Assembly: GCA_965200315.1 (NCBI GenBank)
Contig: OZ241362.1
Span: 4,000,001-4,064,000 of the forward strand
DNA: 64,000 bases
Direction: 5' to 3'
Origin: Candidatus Latescibacterota bacterium
Lineage (GTDB): Bacteria > Latescibacterota > UBA2968 > UBA8231
Under the pieces are notes generated by a model that searched no databases, had not been told where the DNA came from, and saw only the letters and a list, made by a program, of their open reading frames with translations. Positions 1-10,853 of the stretch are shown here, piece by piece. Position 1 is the stretch's first letter, and every line of letters starts with the position of its first letter. Position numbers and translations under genes: made by a program.

Positions 1-537
1 GAAGGACGCGAAAAATCGCTCGATATCCGAGGGGTCGTCAAACGCGGACGGCACTCCGACCGCCATCAAGCTGTAGAGCCGCTGGCCCACCTGTAGGCTC
101 TGCATTCGCAACAGGCTTTCGTCGGTAGCTTGTATCTGCGTCTGCCAAGCGGGATGACCGTCCATCTCAATAGCGGCCTCCAACAGGATCGTCCCTTGCA
201 CCTTCTGCAAGATCGCATCTCGGCGCGCGGCAATCGCGCTATCGGCTTGGATGGCCTCGGGCACATCCCCGTAGGCAATGGCGTATTGCACGTCGGCGCG
301 CTCGAACATCAGGTATTGGAACTCTACCTCGCCAAAGGCCAACGGCTCGCGCAGCTTGCGCAGATTGGGCCGGCCAGCCGTCTGCACTGCGAAAGCCCCC
401 GGCTCATAGAGCTGCTCCTCCCATTCCGGCTCGCCGCGCACCCAATTGACGACATTGTAGGCGACAATGGCCCCTAGGACGACGAAGAAGAGCTTGACGG
501 ACAATAGGTCCGTTTTGGTCTTAGGCTCTCGTCCCAT
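1..537 (-). CDS. Hypothetical membrane-anchored protein, runs off the left edge
   Basis: Translated by hand: MGREPKTKTDLLSVKLFFVVLGAIVAYNVVNW...DIERFFASF. Open from ATG 537 to base 1, with an N-terminal hydrophobic anchor; the start overlaps the end of the upstream epimerase gene. Not in the ORF track because there is no stop in the window. Confidence 0.7.
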   Translation of the reverse strand, partial: MGREPKTKTDLLSVKLFFVVLGAIVAYNVVNWVRGEPEWEEQLYEPGAFAVQTAGRPNLRKLREPLAFGEVEFQYLMFERADVQYAIAYGDVPEAIQADSAIAARRDAILQKVQGTILLEAAIEMDGHPAWQTQIQATDESLLRMQSLQVGQRLYSLMAVGVPSAFDDPSDIERFFASF

Positions 538-1363
538 TTTGGCTCAGGCCAGCCCTAGCTTGCTCTTCGGCGCTGTCTGCGGGAATATAGCCCAAGACTT
601 GGCGCGAATGGTCGATATCGACCCAGCGCCAGCGGTTGTTGGACACTCCGTAAAAAATATCAAAGCGCAAGTCCGCAGGCGCTTCGATGGCGCGCTGCAC
701 GAGTTGTACCACGTCGCGCTGGCTGCACCAGATGGCCCCGCCCCGCTCGTCGCGCGGGTGGTCTTCGGCATTGACCCAGCCGATGCGCAGACAAGGCACC
801 GACACATTGTGTACGTCGGCGTAGTAGCGCGCCAGGGCTTCGCCCCAGATCTTGGTCGCCGGATAGAGGCCAGTGGGCCGATGCGGCCATTCGTGGGTCA
901 CGACCTGTAGCTGACCAACATCGACCGCGTCGAAGCGCCCTTCGGAGATGGCCTTGTACGGGTCCTCCTGCTGGTAGCCCCAAGACACCATGATCGAACT
1001 GGCGAGGACCACGCGCCTGACGCCAGCACGACACGCAGCCTCCAGCACATTGCGCGGCCCAACGATATTGCTGCCGAGCAGACTCTCCCAACTAGCGTCT
1101 GGCCGCGGATCGGCTGCCAGTTGCACGACCACGTCCATGCCCGCGACGGCTTTGGCTATCGCGCTGTAATCGGTCAGGTCTGCGAGGATGAATTTCTCCT
1201 CGGGAATTCCCATATCTGCGTCCCTAGGTGCCCGCTCCGAGAGCTGGGATCGCCTCGCCAAGCCATAGAGGTCATAGCGGTCGGGTTGGGTGCTCAAATG
1301 CCGATACACGGCCCCGGCGATCAATCCGCAGACGCCGGTAATTAAGACTTTTCTGGGGGCCAT
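521..1363 (-). CDS. NAD-dependent epimerase/dehydratase family (extended SDR, uronate dehydrogenase-like)
   Basis: Rossmann motif VLITGVCGLIA, catalytic YxxxK (LYPATK), CLRIG and FYGVSNN motifs. Confidence 0.85.
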   Translation of the reverse strand: MAPRKVLITGVCGLIAGAVYRHLSTQPDRYDLYGLARRSQLSERAPRDADMGIPEEKFILADLTDYSAIAKAVAGMDVVVQLAADPRPDASWESLLGSNIVGPRNVLEAACRAGVRRVVLASSIMVSWGYQQEDPYKAISEGRFDAVDVGQLQVVTHEWPHRPTGLYPATKIWGEALARYYADVHNVSVPCLRIGWVNAEDHPRDERGGAIWCSQRDVVQLVQRAIEAPADLRFDIFYGVSNNRWRWVDIDHSRQVLGYIPADSAEEQARAGLSQNGTRA

Positions 1364-1929
1364 TGCTCTGGTTCTCCTCTGGCGTGTTCAATTACAGCAA
1401 TGTGGCGCAGGGCGCGGTAACGCTGGGCGCAGTCCATGCCGTAGCCGACGACGAACGCGTCTTCAATTTCAAAACCACAGTAATCTAGCGGCACTGGAAA
1501 CTCCCTGCGGGCGCGTTTGTCCAGCAGCGCACATACTCTGAGTGAAAGGGGTTGCTGCGACTTTAGCTTGGCCAGCACAAAATCTAGGGATCGGCCCGTA
1601 TCAACCATGCCATCGACGATTAGTACGTCCCGTCCGGCCGCTGCGACAACGAGGTCTTTGGTCAACTTGATCTGCCCGGTACTCTCCGTGCCCTGATAGC
1701 TCGAAACACCGATGAAGTCGTAGTCCAACCGCTCCGACAGCTCCTCGGGCAAGTGGTCTATCAGGGCCATCATAAACTGCACTGCTCCGTTGAGGAGGCC
1801 GACAAATAAGGGAGACGACCCAACGTAGTCGGCGGCCAGTTCTTGGGCCAACTCGCCGATGCGCCGTTCTACTTGCTGGCGCTTGATCAGCACCTTTAAG
1901 ACGGGAGTTTCCAACGGACTGCGAGGCAT
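1342..1929 (-). CDS. hpt: Hypoxanthine phosphoribosyltransferase
   Basis: VSSY loop, PRPP-binding VLIVDGMVDTG, LLDK, FVVGYGMD..YR.L; start trimmed to MPRSPLE. Confidence 0.9.
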   Translation of the reverse strand: MPRSPLETPVLKVLIKRQQVERRIGELAQELAADYVGSSPLFVGLLNGAVQFMMALIDHLPEELSERLDYDFIGVSSYQGTESTGQIKLTKDLVVAAAGRDVLIVDGMVDTGRSLDFVLAKLKSQQPLSLRVCALLDKRARREFPVPLDYCGFEIEDAFVVGYGMDCAQRYRALRHIAVIEHARGEPEQWPPEKS

Positions 1930-1966
1930 GTCTTTGATTATACGGCATGGACTGCTTTTTGCAAAC

Positions 1967-1996
1967 AAAAGGCACCGGAGCAAAAACTCCGATGCC
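1967..1996 (-). terminator. Intrinsic terminator downstream of the 87-aa ORF
   Basis: Minus strand GGCATCGGAG-TTTTTG-CTCCGGTGCC followed by TTTT. Confidence 0.7.
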
Positions 1997-2050
1997 CATG
2001 TTGGCCCGCTCTAAAAGCGGGTTGTGTGGCGGCTTGAGCTCAGCCGAAGG

Positions 2051-2314
2051 TCAGGCAGCTTGACGGGTGTTGTGCGGCACTTCCGGTTCCTGACCTAAGA
2101 GCGCCTCAGCGGGGATGCTCGGTTGCTCGGGCACCTTCAGGGAGGTAGCTGCAACCAAGGCACTCAGTTTATCGGCACTGGACATATCGAGCTCGCCGCG
2201 CTGATAGGCAGCGTCGATGTGTTCGCACAACAACTCCAAGTCGGCCCAAGAGCGGGCTTGCCCAATGCGCGCCTGCAAGGGGATGGCCGCGGGGCTTAGT
2301 CTGGCAGTCTGCAT
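2051..2314 (-). CDS. Hypothetical 87-aa protein downstream of recA
   Basis: Strong RBS AAGGAGGTG just before the ATG; helical-looking sequence; followed by a terminator. Confidence 0.75.
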   Translation of the reverse strand: MQTARLSPAAIPLQARIGQARSWADLELLCEHIDAAYQRGELDMSSADKLSALVAATSLKVPEQPSIPAEALLGQEPEVPHNTRQAA

Positions 2315-2429
2315 GATTTCACCTCCTTGGGGGAGTTAAGGAGTACGCGCGGGTGCGAGGTGCTGTGGCCGCTTTGGCGTGGGGCCACCAGAGCAAACCT
2401 TGGCACCTCGACCCGCGAGAGCGCAGAGG

Positions 2430-3512
<1,083 letters not shown>

Positions 3513-3571
3513 GATTTCCTCCTCGCGTGTTCTATAAATAAGACGTTCATTAACACCGCCACCTGAACAAA

Positions 3572-3600
3572 AAAATAGTGAATCAATGTTCAGGTGTCAA
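3572..3600 (-). promoter_or_regulatory. sigma70 promoter of recA with an SOS-box-like palindrome in the spacer
   Basis: Minus strand TTGACA-(17 nt)-TATTTT; the spacer contains TGAACATTGATTCA (3579-3592). Confidence 0.7.
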
Positions 3601-3772
3601 GTGTTTTTTAATTGAAGCAGATTAAACTGCTCTAGCTGCTTACAACAAATGCCGTGCCAAGCGGCAAGAATATGTGCAATTTATTGTTTAATAATATGTT
3701 AGAAGAGCGAGAGGAATGCTGCAAAAAGCAAAAATTGGTAACTGCGCGAAACAGCACTGTAAAGAAAAGGGG

Positions 3773-5146
3773 CTAGCCTGAGCCAAAGGCGAGCGCTTCG
3801 GCTGCCTCCATCCCCCCTACTCCGATCACCTCCATCCCCGCCGGCCGCTTCCACCCCTGCAGGTTGCTTCGCGCTACCAAACACCGCTCAAACCCCAAAC
3901 TTCGCGCCTCGGCCACCCGCCGGTCAATCTGGTTCACCGGCCGGATCTCTCCCCCCAACCCGATCTCGCCAATGGCCACGGTCTGCGCGTCAATGGGCTT
4001 GTTGCGAAAGCTCGATACAATCGCCAGCCCCACTCCCATATCCACCGCTGGCTCGTCGAGGCGAATGCCCCCTACGACATTGACGAAAATGTCCTCGCTC
4101 GACAGATCGTGGCCGCAGCGCTTTTCAAGCACCGCGATAATAATCGAGAGCCGCTTGGCGTCGATGCCGGTGGCAACCCGTTGCGGATAACCAAAACTAG
4201 AGCGCGAGACGAGGGCCTGAATTTCGATCAAGAGCGGCCGCGTGCCCTCCATGCTACAGACGATGGCCGAACCCGACACGCCCTCGGCGCGCTCGGCCAG
4301 CAGAATTTTGGAGGGATTGGCGACCTCGATTAGCCCTTGGTCCCGCATCTCAAAAATCCCGATCTCGTTGGTCGAACCAAAGCGATTTTTGGCGGCGCGC
4401 AGGATGCGGAAGTGGTGGTGCCGCTCGCCCTCTAAATAGAGCACGGTATCGACTAAGTGCTCCAGTACGCGCGGCCCGGCAACCGTGCCCTCTTTGGTCA
4501 CGTGCCCCACTAAAAACGTGGGAATGCCGCTCTCTTTGGCCAAATAGACGAGCCGCGCAGCGCACTCGCGCACTTGAGTCACGCTGCCGGGTGCGCTCTC
4601 TAGCTCGGGCATGTAAATGGTCTGGATCGAGTCGATGATGATAGCCAGCGGGCTGGCGGATTGCAACTGGTCGAGAATAGCTGTGAGGCTGGTCTCGGCC
4701 ATCACGTGCAGGCTTTCGCACAACGCTCCCAAGCGCCCGGCGCGCAGGCGGATCTGCGCGGCCGACTCCTCGGCGGAAATGTACGCGATGCGAAAATCTG
4801 AGGCCGCTAGCTGTCCGGCCATCTGTAACAAGAGCGTCGATTTGCCAATGCCGGGATCGCCGCCAACTAAGACGACCGAACCAGGCATGATGCCTCCGCC
4901 CAAGACCCGGTCGAACTCGGAGACGCCGATTTGCAGCCGCTCGTGGTCTTGGTCGTCGACTTGCGTAATGGGCTGCAATTGGGAGCGGGGCGATACCGCT
5001 AGATGTTCGCGTCGGCTGTCGGGTGCTTGGGGCCGCTCTTCAACGCAGGTGTTCCACTCGCCACAGGCCACACAGCGGCCAAACCAGCGCACGGCACTGT
5101 GGCCACAAGACTGGCAGACATAAGCAGAACGGTTCTTTTTGGCCAT
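3773..5146 (-). CDS. radA: DNA repair protein RadA/Sms
   Basis: C4 zinc finger (CQSCG..CVACG), GDPGIGKSTL, KNRFG motif, Lon-like C-terminus. Confidence 0.97.
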   Translation of the reverse strand: MAKKNRSAYVCQSCGHSAVRWFGRCVACGEWNTCVEERPQAPDSRREHLAVSPRSQLQPITQVDDQDHERLQIGVSEFDRVLGGGIMPGSVVLVGGDPGIGKSTLLLQMAGQLAASDFRIAYISAEESAAQIRLRAGRLGALCESLHVMAETSLTAILDQLQSASPLAIIIDSIQTIYMPELESAPGSVTQVRECAARLVYLAKESGIPTFLVGHVTKEGTVAGPRVLEHLVDTVLYLEGERHHHFRILRAAKNRFGSTNEIGIFEMRDQGLIEVANPSKILLAERAEGVSGSAIVCSMEGTRPLLIEIQALVSRSSFGYPQRVATGIDAKRLSIIIAVLEKRCGHDLSSEDIFVNVVGGIRLDEPAVDMGVGLAIVSSFRNKPIDAQTVAIGEIGLGGEIRPVNQIDRRVAEARSLGFERCLVARSNLQGWKRPAGMEVIGVGGMEAAEALAFGSG

Positions 5147-5149
5147 GCC

Positions 5150-6022
5150 TCAACTCGTCTGAGCAGCCGCACGTGCGATAACGACTCGGGGGCTCTGGTT
5201 TAAGTCCGGTCTGATCTGAACCTCTATCAAGCGTTCAGACCGCGCAAGTAGGTCCTCCACGGCCGCGCTTTGGCCGTCTCCTACCTCTAGCAGTAGATGG
5301 CCTCCGGGGCGAATAAAGTCCGCGGCCTCCTGCGCGATGCGCCGATAGTACGCCAAGCCGTCCTCGCCCCCGTCTAGCGCGAGATGCGGCTCGTAGTCGC
5401 GCACTTCCGGTGCTAGTCCCGCCAAATCGCTGCGGCGCACATACGGTGGATTAGCCGCGACGAGGTCAAAAGGCTCAGTGCCGCGAAGAGGTGAGAACAA
5501 ATCGCCACAGTGCCACTCGACGCGCTCGGCTAGCCCGCAGCGCTGGCCGTTGGCCTTCGCCACTTCTAAAACAGCAGCCGATACGTCAGTCGCCACCACC
5601 GCGGCCGCGGCCGCTTCTTGGGCCAGGGACAGAGCGACCGCGCCTGAGCCGCAACACAGGTCGAGAAACCGACCGCCCTCGGGCAAAAGCTCCAAGGCCA
5701 CATCAACGAGCACTTCGGTTTCGGGACGCGGGATCAACACCGTGGGCGTCACGGTCAACTCTAGATGGCGAAAGGCGGCCACGCCCGTGATGTACTGCAC
5801 GGGCACGCGCCGCAACCGCTGCCGCACGTATTCCCGGTAGCGATCCACTTCACTGCGGTGCAAGAGGCGTTCAAACTGTAGGTAGAGATCGAGGCGGTTG
5901 ACACCGAGCACTGCGGCCAGCAGCAGCTCGGCTTGTAGACGGGCGTTTTCCAACCCCTTTGACGCAAAAAAACGGCTCGTGTTTTCGAGGATGTCGAGCA
6001 GCCGCCAAGGGTGCTCGCTCAT
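5150..6022 (-). CDS. prmC: Release factor glutamine methyltransferase PrmC/HemK
   Basis: VLIPRPETE, DLCCGSG, NPPY, ALDGGEDGL; overlaps the prfA stop. Confidence 0.95.
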   Translation of the reverse strand: MSEHPWRLLDILENTSRFFASKGLENARLQAELLLAAVLGVNRLDLYLQFERLLHRSEVDRYREYVRQRLRRVPVQYITGVAAFRHLELTVTPTVLIPRPETEVLVDVALELLPEGGRFLDLCCGSGAVALSLAQEAAAAAVVATDVSAAVLEVAKANGQRCGLAERVEWHCGDLFSPLRGTEPFDLVAANPPYVRRSDLAGLAPEVRDYEPHLALDGGEDGLAYYRRIAQEAADFIRPGGHLLLEVGDGQSAAVEDLLARSERLIEVQIRPDLNQSPRVVIARAAAQTS

Positions 6023-7086
6023 CGGTCTGCCGCCAGCGCGTCCTGCTGGGATGCGAGGGCCAATTGCTCGACGAATTTTTCAAAATCGCCGTCGAGAATT
6101 TCCTCTAGGCGATAAAGGGACAAGCTAATGCGGTGATCGGTAACCCGGCCCTGCGGGAAGTTGTAGGTGCGAATTTTCGCGCTGCGATCGCCGGAACCGA
6201 TCTGGCCGGCGCGGGCGGCGTCGCGCTCGGCCTTTTGCTCGGCCTGCAATTTGTCGTAGAGCCGGGCGCGGAGGACCTTCAATGCCTTGTTCTTGTTTTT
6301 TAGCTGCGACTTCTCGTCTTGGCAGGAGACGACAATACCCGTTGGGATATGGGTGATTTTCACGGCCGAATCCGTGGTGTTGACGCTCTGGCCGCCCGGC
6401 CCACTGGAGCGATACACTTCGATTTTCAAATCGTCGAGAGCGACCTCCACCTCCACCTCCTCGGCTTCGGGTAGAACCGCCACCGAGGCCGCCGATGTGT
6501 GAATCCGGCCCGAGGCCTCGGTTTTGGGAACCCGCTGCACGCGGTGTACCCCGCTCTCGAACTTGAGCTGGCCGAAGGCGTCCGCACCCGAGACCGCGAA
6601 TACCACCTCTTTAAAGCCGCCGGCTGGATTGTGACTGGACGAAAGCTCCTCGGTTTTCAAACCCTTTCGCTCGGCAAAGCGGTGGTACATGCGGTACAGA
6701 TCGCTGGCGAAAAGCCCAGCTTCGTCGCCGCCGGTGCCGGCGCGAATCTCGACGATGGCATTGCGGCTGTCGTTGGGGTCCTTGGGAATCAGCAGCACTT
6801 TGAGTGTTTCTTCTAGCTGCGCCACTTTTCCTTGTAGTTGGTCGCGTTCGGCTGCGGCCAATTCGACTAGCTCTGCATCGCTGCCATCGGCGATGATCTC
6901 CTCGGCCTCTGCAAGCTGTTCCAGCGCGGCGCGGTACTGGCCTGCTAAATCCACCACTTCCTGCAAGTCGCCCATCTCCCGCGCCAGCTTCTGGTACTGA
7001 GTCGGGTTTTGGCTGGTGGCCTGATCGGCCATAAGCGCGCTTAGCTCCTCGTAGCGCAGTTCGTATTCGTTCAGTTTATCTAACAC
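6019..7086 (-). CDS. prfA: Peptide chain release factor 1
   Basis: EIRAGTGGDEA, PKT tripeptide, GGQ motif, IRTYNFPQGRVTDHR. Confidence 0.98.
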   Translation of the reverse strand: MLDKLNEYELRYEELSALMADQATSQNPTQYQKLAREMGDLQEVVDLAGQYRAALEQLAEAEEIIADGSDAELVELAAAERDQLQGKVAQLEETLKVLLIPKDPNDSRNAIVEIRAGTGGDEAGLFASDLYRMYHRFAERKGLKTEELSSSHNPAGGFKEVVFAVSGADAFGQLKFESGVHRVQRVPKTEASGRIHTSAASVAVLPEAEEVEVEVALDDLKIEVYRSSGPGGQSVNTTDSAVKITHIPTGIVVSCQDEKSQLKNKNKALKVLRARLYDKLQAEQKAERDAARAGQIGSGDRSAKIRTYNFPQGRVTDHRISLSLYRLEEILDGDFEKFVEQLALASQQDALAADR

Positions 7087-8027
7087 GATGGATTGGCCTC
7101 GACTTCTTCATTTAGGGCGCGGCGCAGCGCGTATAGGGCGACTTCTAACTGGTCGTCGTCCGGCTCGCGGGTCGTAATGCGCTGTAACCATAGCCCTGGG
7201 GCGCTCAGCAACCGGACCAGCGGGGCATTGCGCTTCTTGCCCGAGAACTTGAGCAACTCAAAGCTCATCCCCGCGATAAAGGGCAGCACCGCAAAATGGG
7301 TGGCAAAGCGCTCAAAAAGGCTCTGCGCGTGCCCAAAGACGAGCGGGAACAGCGAATCCACGCAGGCGAAGATCAAGATCGCAAAGAGCACTACGATCAG
7401 CATGAAGCTGGTTCCACAGCGCGGATGCAGCCGACCGAAGCCCCGCGCCGCGACCACCGTCAGTTCGGCACCGGCCTCTAAGGTGAAGATGCTTTTGTGC
7501 TCGGCACCGTGGTATTGAAAGACTCGCTGGATTTCGCGCCACTGGCTTATCGCCCAAAGATAGAGAATCAAAAGCGTCGCCCGCACCGCACCGGCCACTA
7601 GGTTGAATTCAAAGGCGCTCTCCTGTAAGCCCAAGAGCTGGGCAGCTAGCAGTGGCAGAAAGAAAAAGAGGCCCACGCCCAGCGCCACGGAAAAAATCAT
7701 CGTCGCCCACAAGGCCAATTGCTCCCGCCAGCTCTCCTCCCGCCGCTCGACCTGCCCCTCTCCTTGGCTGGCGACATCGGCCGAGAAATTGAGAGCCTTT
7801 AGCCCAATGAACATCATTTCAAAAAAAGATAGGGCCCCGCGCAATACGGGCAGACCCAACAGGCGATAGCGCTGCGCTAGGGAATCGTAGGCTTCCTCGC
7901 GCACCACGATCTGGTGATCAGCCGCCCGCACTGCGGTGACGATTTTGCCGGGTACGCGCATCATCACCCCTTCGATGACGGCTTGGCCGCCGACGGGTAG
8001 ATCTTGCGTGAGTTGTTCTCTGTCCAT
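7080..8027 (-). CDS. DUF1385 family membrane protein
   Basis: VGGQAVIEGVMM, FQYHGAEHK, HPRCGTSF, PGLWLQRITTREPDD; usual position between rpmE and prfA; start trimmed to MDREQ. Confidence 0.9.
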   Translation of the reverse strand: MDREQLTQDLPVGGQAVIEGVMMRVPGKIVTAVRAADHQIVVREEAYDSLAQRYRLLGLPVLRGALSFFEMMFIGLKALNFSADVASQGEGQVERREESWREQLALWATMIFSVALGVGLFFFLPLLAAQLLGLQESAFEFNLVAGAVRATLLILYLWAISQWREIQRVFQYHGAEHKSIFTLEAGAELTVVAARGFGRLHPRCGTSFMLIVVLFAILIFACVDSLFPLVFGHAQSLFERFATHFAVLPFIAGMSFELLKFSGKKRNAPLVRLLSAPGLWLQRITTREPDDDQLEVALYALRRALNEEVEANPSC

Positions 8028-8104
8028 GGACTCGCGTACACGAAAAAGGCGATACGAGCACCCTCGGAAGGGCGTCCTACCACCTTTTCGCATGGAATGG
8101 GTTG

Positions 8105-8362
8105 CTAGGCTTGCGCGCTTTTGCCGTAGCGGCGATTGAACTGTTCGATGCGCCCGCCGCGATCCATAATCTGCTGGCGCTTGCCTGTGTAGAAAGGATG
8201 CGACGCCGAGCTGATTTCGACCCGGATTACCGGATAGGAATTCCCGTCTTCCCACTCCATCGTCTCTTCGGACTTCATCGTCGAACGCGACAGTATCTTG
8301 TAGTCACTGCTAGTATCGAGAAAGATAACCGTTTGATACTCGGGATGTATGTCTTTTTGCAC
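8105..8362 (-). CDS. rpmE2: 50S ribosomal protein L31 type B (zinc-free)
   Basis: [32 protein letters not shown]; no CxxC. Confidence 0.95.
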   Translation of the reverse strand: MQKDIHPEYQTVIFLDTSSDYKILSRSTMKSEETMEWEDGNSYPVIRVEISSASHPFYTGKRQQIMDRGGRIEQFNRRYGKSAQA

Positions 8363-8447
8363 CTTTACACTCCTCTGCTTTCTGGGGATTGAAACTCAGC
8401 TATCGAGTCCATAAAAATAGAGGCTTGAAACTCAAAAAACAAGGCGA

Positions 8448-9722
8448 TTAGTCATTCATGGCCTTGAGGAATTCCTCGTTGGATTCTGTACCCTGCATGC
8501 GCTCTTGGAGGAACTCCATGCCCTCAATGACTCCCATCTGATTGAGTATGCGGCGCAGGACCCACGAGCGGTTCAATTCAAACTCTGTGAGCAGCAGCTC
8601 TTCTTTGCGGGTGCTCGTCGCCGTCACGTCAACGGCCGGATAGACGCGGCGGTTGCTCAGTCGGCGATCTAGCTGCACCTGCATATTACCCGTGCCTTTG
8701 AACTCTTCAAAGATCACTTCGTCCATGCGACTCCCGGTCTCTACCAAGGCCGTGGCGATAATCGTCAGGCTACCGCCTTCTTCGAGATTGCGGGCGGCGG
8801 CGAAAAAGCGGCGCGGCCACTGCAAAGCCGTCGAGTCAACGCCGCCGGTGAGGATCCGCCCCGAGTGCGGCGTCACTGTATTGTAGGCCCGTGCCAAGCG
8901 CGTGATGCTATCGAGTAAGATGACCACATCCCGCTTGTGCTCGACTAGACGCCGAGCCTTTTCGATCACCATATCCGCCACCTGCACGTGCCGCGTAGCC
9001 GACTCGTCAAAGGTCGAACTGACGACTTCGCCCTGCACCGAACGCAGCATATCGGTGACTTCCTCGGGGCGCTCGTCAATGAGCAAGACTATGAGAACCG
9101 CTTCGGGATGATTGGTTGTGATGGCGTTGGCGACCTTTTGCAGCAGCATGGTTTTACCCGTGAAGGGCGGCGCGACGATTAGGCCGCGCTGCCCTTTGCC
9201 GATGGGCGAAAGCAAGTCGAGAATCCGCGTCGTCATGTCCTTGGGATTGTGCTCTAACTTGAAGCGATCCGTGGGATGCAAGGCTGTCAGATTTTCGAAG
9301 ATCGTCTTGTTCTTGGTGACTTCTGGGTCGTCGAAGTTGATTGCCTCGACTCGCAGTAGCGCAAAGTATTTCTCGTCGTTTTTCGGCGGGCGGATCTGAC
9401 CGGAGATCGTATCGCCCGTGCGCAGGCTAAACCGCTTAATCTGCGAATGAGAAACGTAAATGTCGTCGGGGCCAGGTAAGTAGTTATAGCTCGGCGAGCG
9501 GAGAAAGCCGAACCCCTCGTCCAGCACCTCCAAAGTACCTTGAGCAAAGATCAGCCCACTGCGCTCGGTCTGGTGCTTGAGGATGGAGAAGATCAACTCC
9601 TGCTTGCGCAAAGAGGTGCAATCTACAACTTCCAGTTTCTTGGCCAGCTCTTGGAGATCCAAGATGTTCATGCGCTGGAGTTCAACAATATTCATTTTCT
9701 GCGTTCTATTGAGAGGCGGCAT
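8448..9722 (-). CDS. rho: Transcription termination factor Rho
   Basis: [43 protein letters not shown]; start chosen at MPPLNR after AGGAAG (uncertain). Confidence 0.97.
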   Translation of the reverse strand: MPPLNRTQKMNIVELQRMNILDLQELAKKLEVVDCTSLRKQELIFSILKHQTERSGLIFAQGTLEVLDEGFGFLRSPSYNYLPGPDDIYVSHSQIKRFSLRTGDTISGQIRPPKNDEKYFALLRVEAINFDDPEVTKNKTIFENLTALHPTDRFKLEHNPKDMTTRILDLLSPIGKGQRGLIVAPPFTGKTMLLQKVANAITTNHPEAVLIVLLIDERPEEVTDMLRSVQGEVVSSTFDESATRHVQVADMVIEKARRLVEHKRDVVILLDSITRLARAYNTVTPHSGRILTGGVDSTALQWPRRFFAAARNLEEGGSLTIIATALVETGSRMDEVIFEEFKGTGNMQVQLDRRLSNRRVYPAVDVTATSTRKEELLLTEFELNRSWVLRRILNQMGVIEGMEFLQERMQGTESNEEFLKAMND

Positions 9723-10009
9723 CTCTTCCTTGCAACCTTTCTTGCGGTTAGAGTGCAGGAACACAAAGGGAATACTCGAGTGCGCTACGGCACTGTAAGC
9801 ACCTAGAGCTATTACGAGGATTGGAGTACATGGGGTAGGACTACTAAAAAACTAAAAACCTACCTAAGGTATACCGTACCTTGGCAAAATTATTTAATAG
9901 CTACAGGAGGTCTATAGCGAAGAATATCTAAAAGGAGAGAGTGGAATTTCAAGCGGAATAAACCGCTGAGGTATTTAATTTTGAAAAGGAGAAATGCGAA
10001 AGAGATTAA

Positions 10010-10038
10010 AGGATACAGATAATATCTTTGTTTGTCAA
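10010..10038 (-). promoter_or_regulatory. sigma70 promoter of rho
   Basis: Minus strand TTGACA-(17 nt)-TATCCT. Confidence 0.65.
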
Positions 10039-10050
10039 GCGTACTACCGT

Positions 10051-10087
10051 AAAAAACAGGACGCCCGCTCGACGAACGGGCGTCCTA
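10051..10087 (-). terminator. Intrinsic terminator after the FN3/dockerin genes
   Basis: Stem AGGACGCCCG/CGGGCGTCCT followed by a T-run on the minus strand. Confidence 0.75.
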
Positions 10088-10115
10088 TCTCTGCAACTTG
10101 CAACTTCTCGTGCCC

Positions 10116-10799
10116 TTATTGATCGACACCAACAGCCATCGCTGTCCGAGCTAAATCTTCATTGGAAGCAAAAGGTGCGACGACGCCAGTTTCGTTGTCG
10201 CCGTCAAAGGCTCGCACGTCATAGATATAGGAGGCTCCACTGGCGACGTCGTTATCGACGAATTCGGAGACACCGGGCCCCACCGTGGCAACCAACCTTT
10301 CGCTGCCCTGTTCCTGAGTTACGGCCTTGCCGAAATCATCGGCGAAGCGAAGAAAATCATCGACATCAATTTGGCCATTGGGCACTATGTCGAAGAACAA
10401 CTCAAAATCCCCATCGGCTTCAGAAGAGCCGAAGCGATCAGCTAAGAGGAAGAAGTCGTCAAAGTCAACCTTATCCCCCTCGCGCGTGAACCAGCCGAGT
10501 ACTATCTCGCCGCTACCGTCCACGGGAGGAAAATAATCCGTGCGGTACACGCGATAGCCGTGTACGTCGCCAGTAGGCACCACTTGGCCCCCAAAGGTCG
10601 TAAACGAACGAGCATCATTTCCCGATAGCGTCCAAGAAAGCGACACGGATGGATCATCACTGGCTGTGGCTTGTAGGTTAGTCACAGGTACAGGAGGAAT
10701 ATTATCGACGGAAGCTACGGGCTCAGAGGTAGTCAACTGAGCGGCCGCGGGAGCAGCGCAAAAAGCAGCCAGCGCGACGATGCGAATATATCCTTTCAT
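10116..10799 (-). CDS. Secreted FN3-like protein with an internal dockerin/EF-hand-like insert
   Basis: Signal peptide; PVTNL..VSLSW..GYRVYR..YIYDVRAFDG; paired DFDDFFLLADRFG / DVDDFLRFADDFG; RBS AAGGAG. Confidence 0.8.
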   Translation of the reverse strand: MKGYIRIVALAAFCAAPAAAQLTTSEPVASVDNIPPVPVTNLQATASDDPSVSLSWTLSGNDARSFTTFGGQVVPTGDVHGYRVYRTDYFPPVDGSGEIVLGWFTREGDKVDFDDFFLLADRFGSSEADGDFELFFDIVPNGQIDVDDFLRFADDFGKAVTQEQGSERLVATVGPGVSEFVDNDVASGASYIYDVRAFDGDNETGVVAPFASNEDLARTAMAVGVDQ

Positions 10800-10853
10800 C
10801 GAACTATACTCCTTGTGAAAAGATGAGATACACAGCCATATTGCGGCCGGGAC

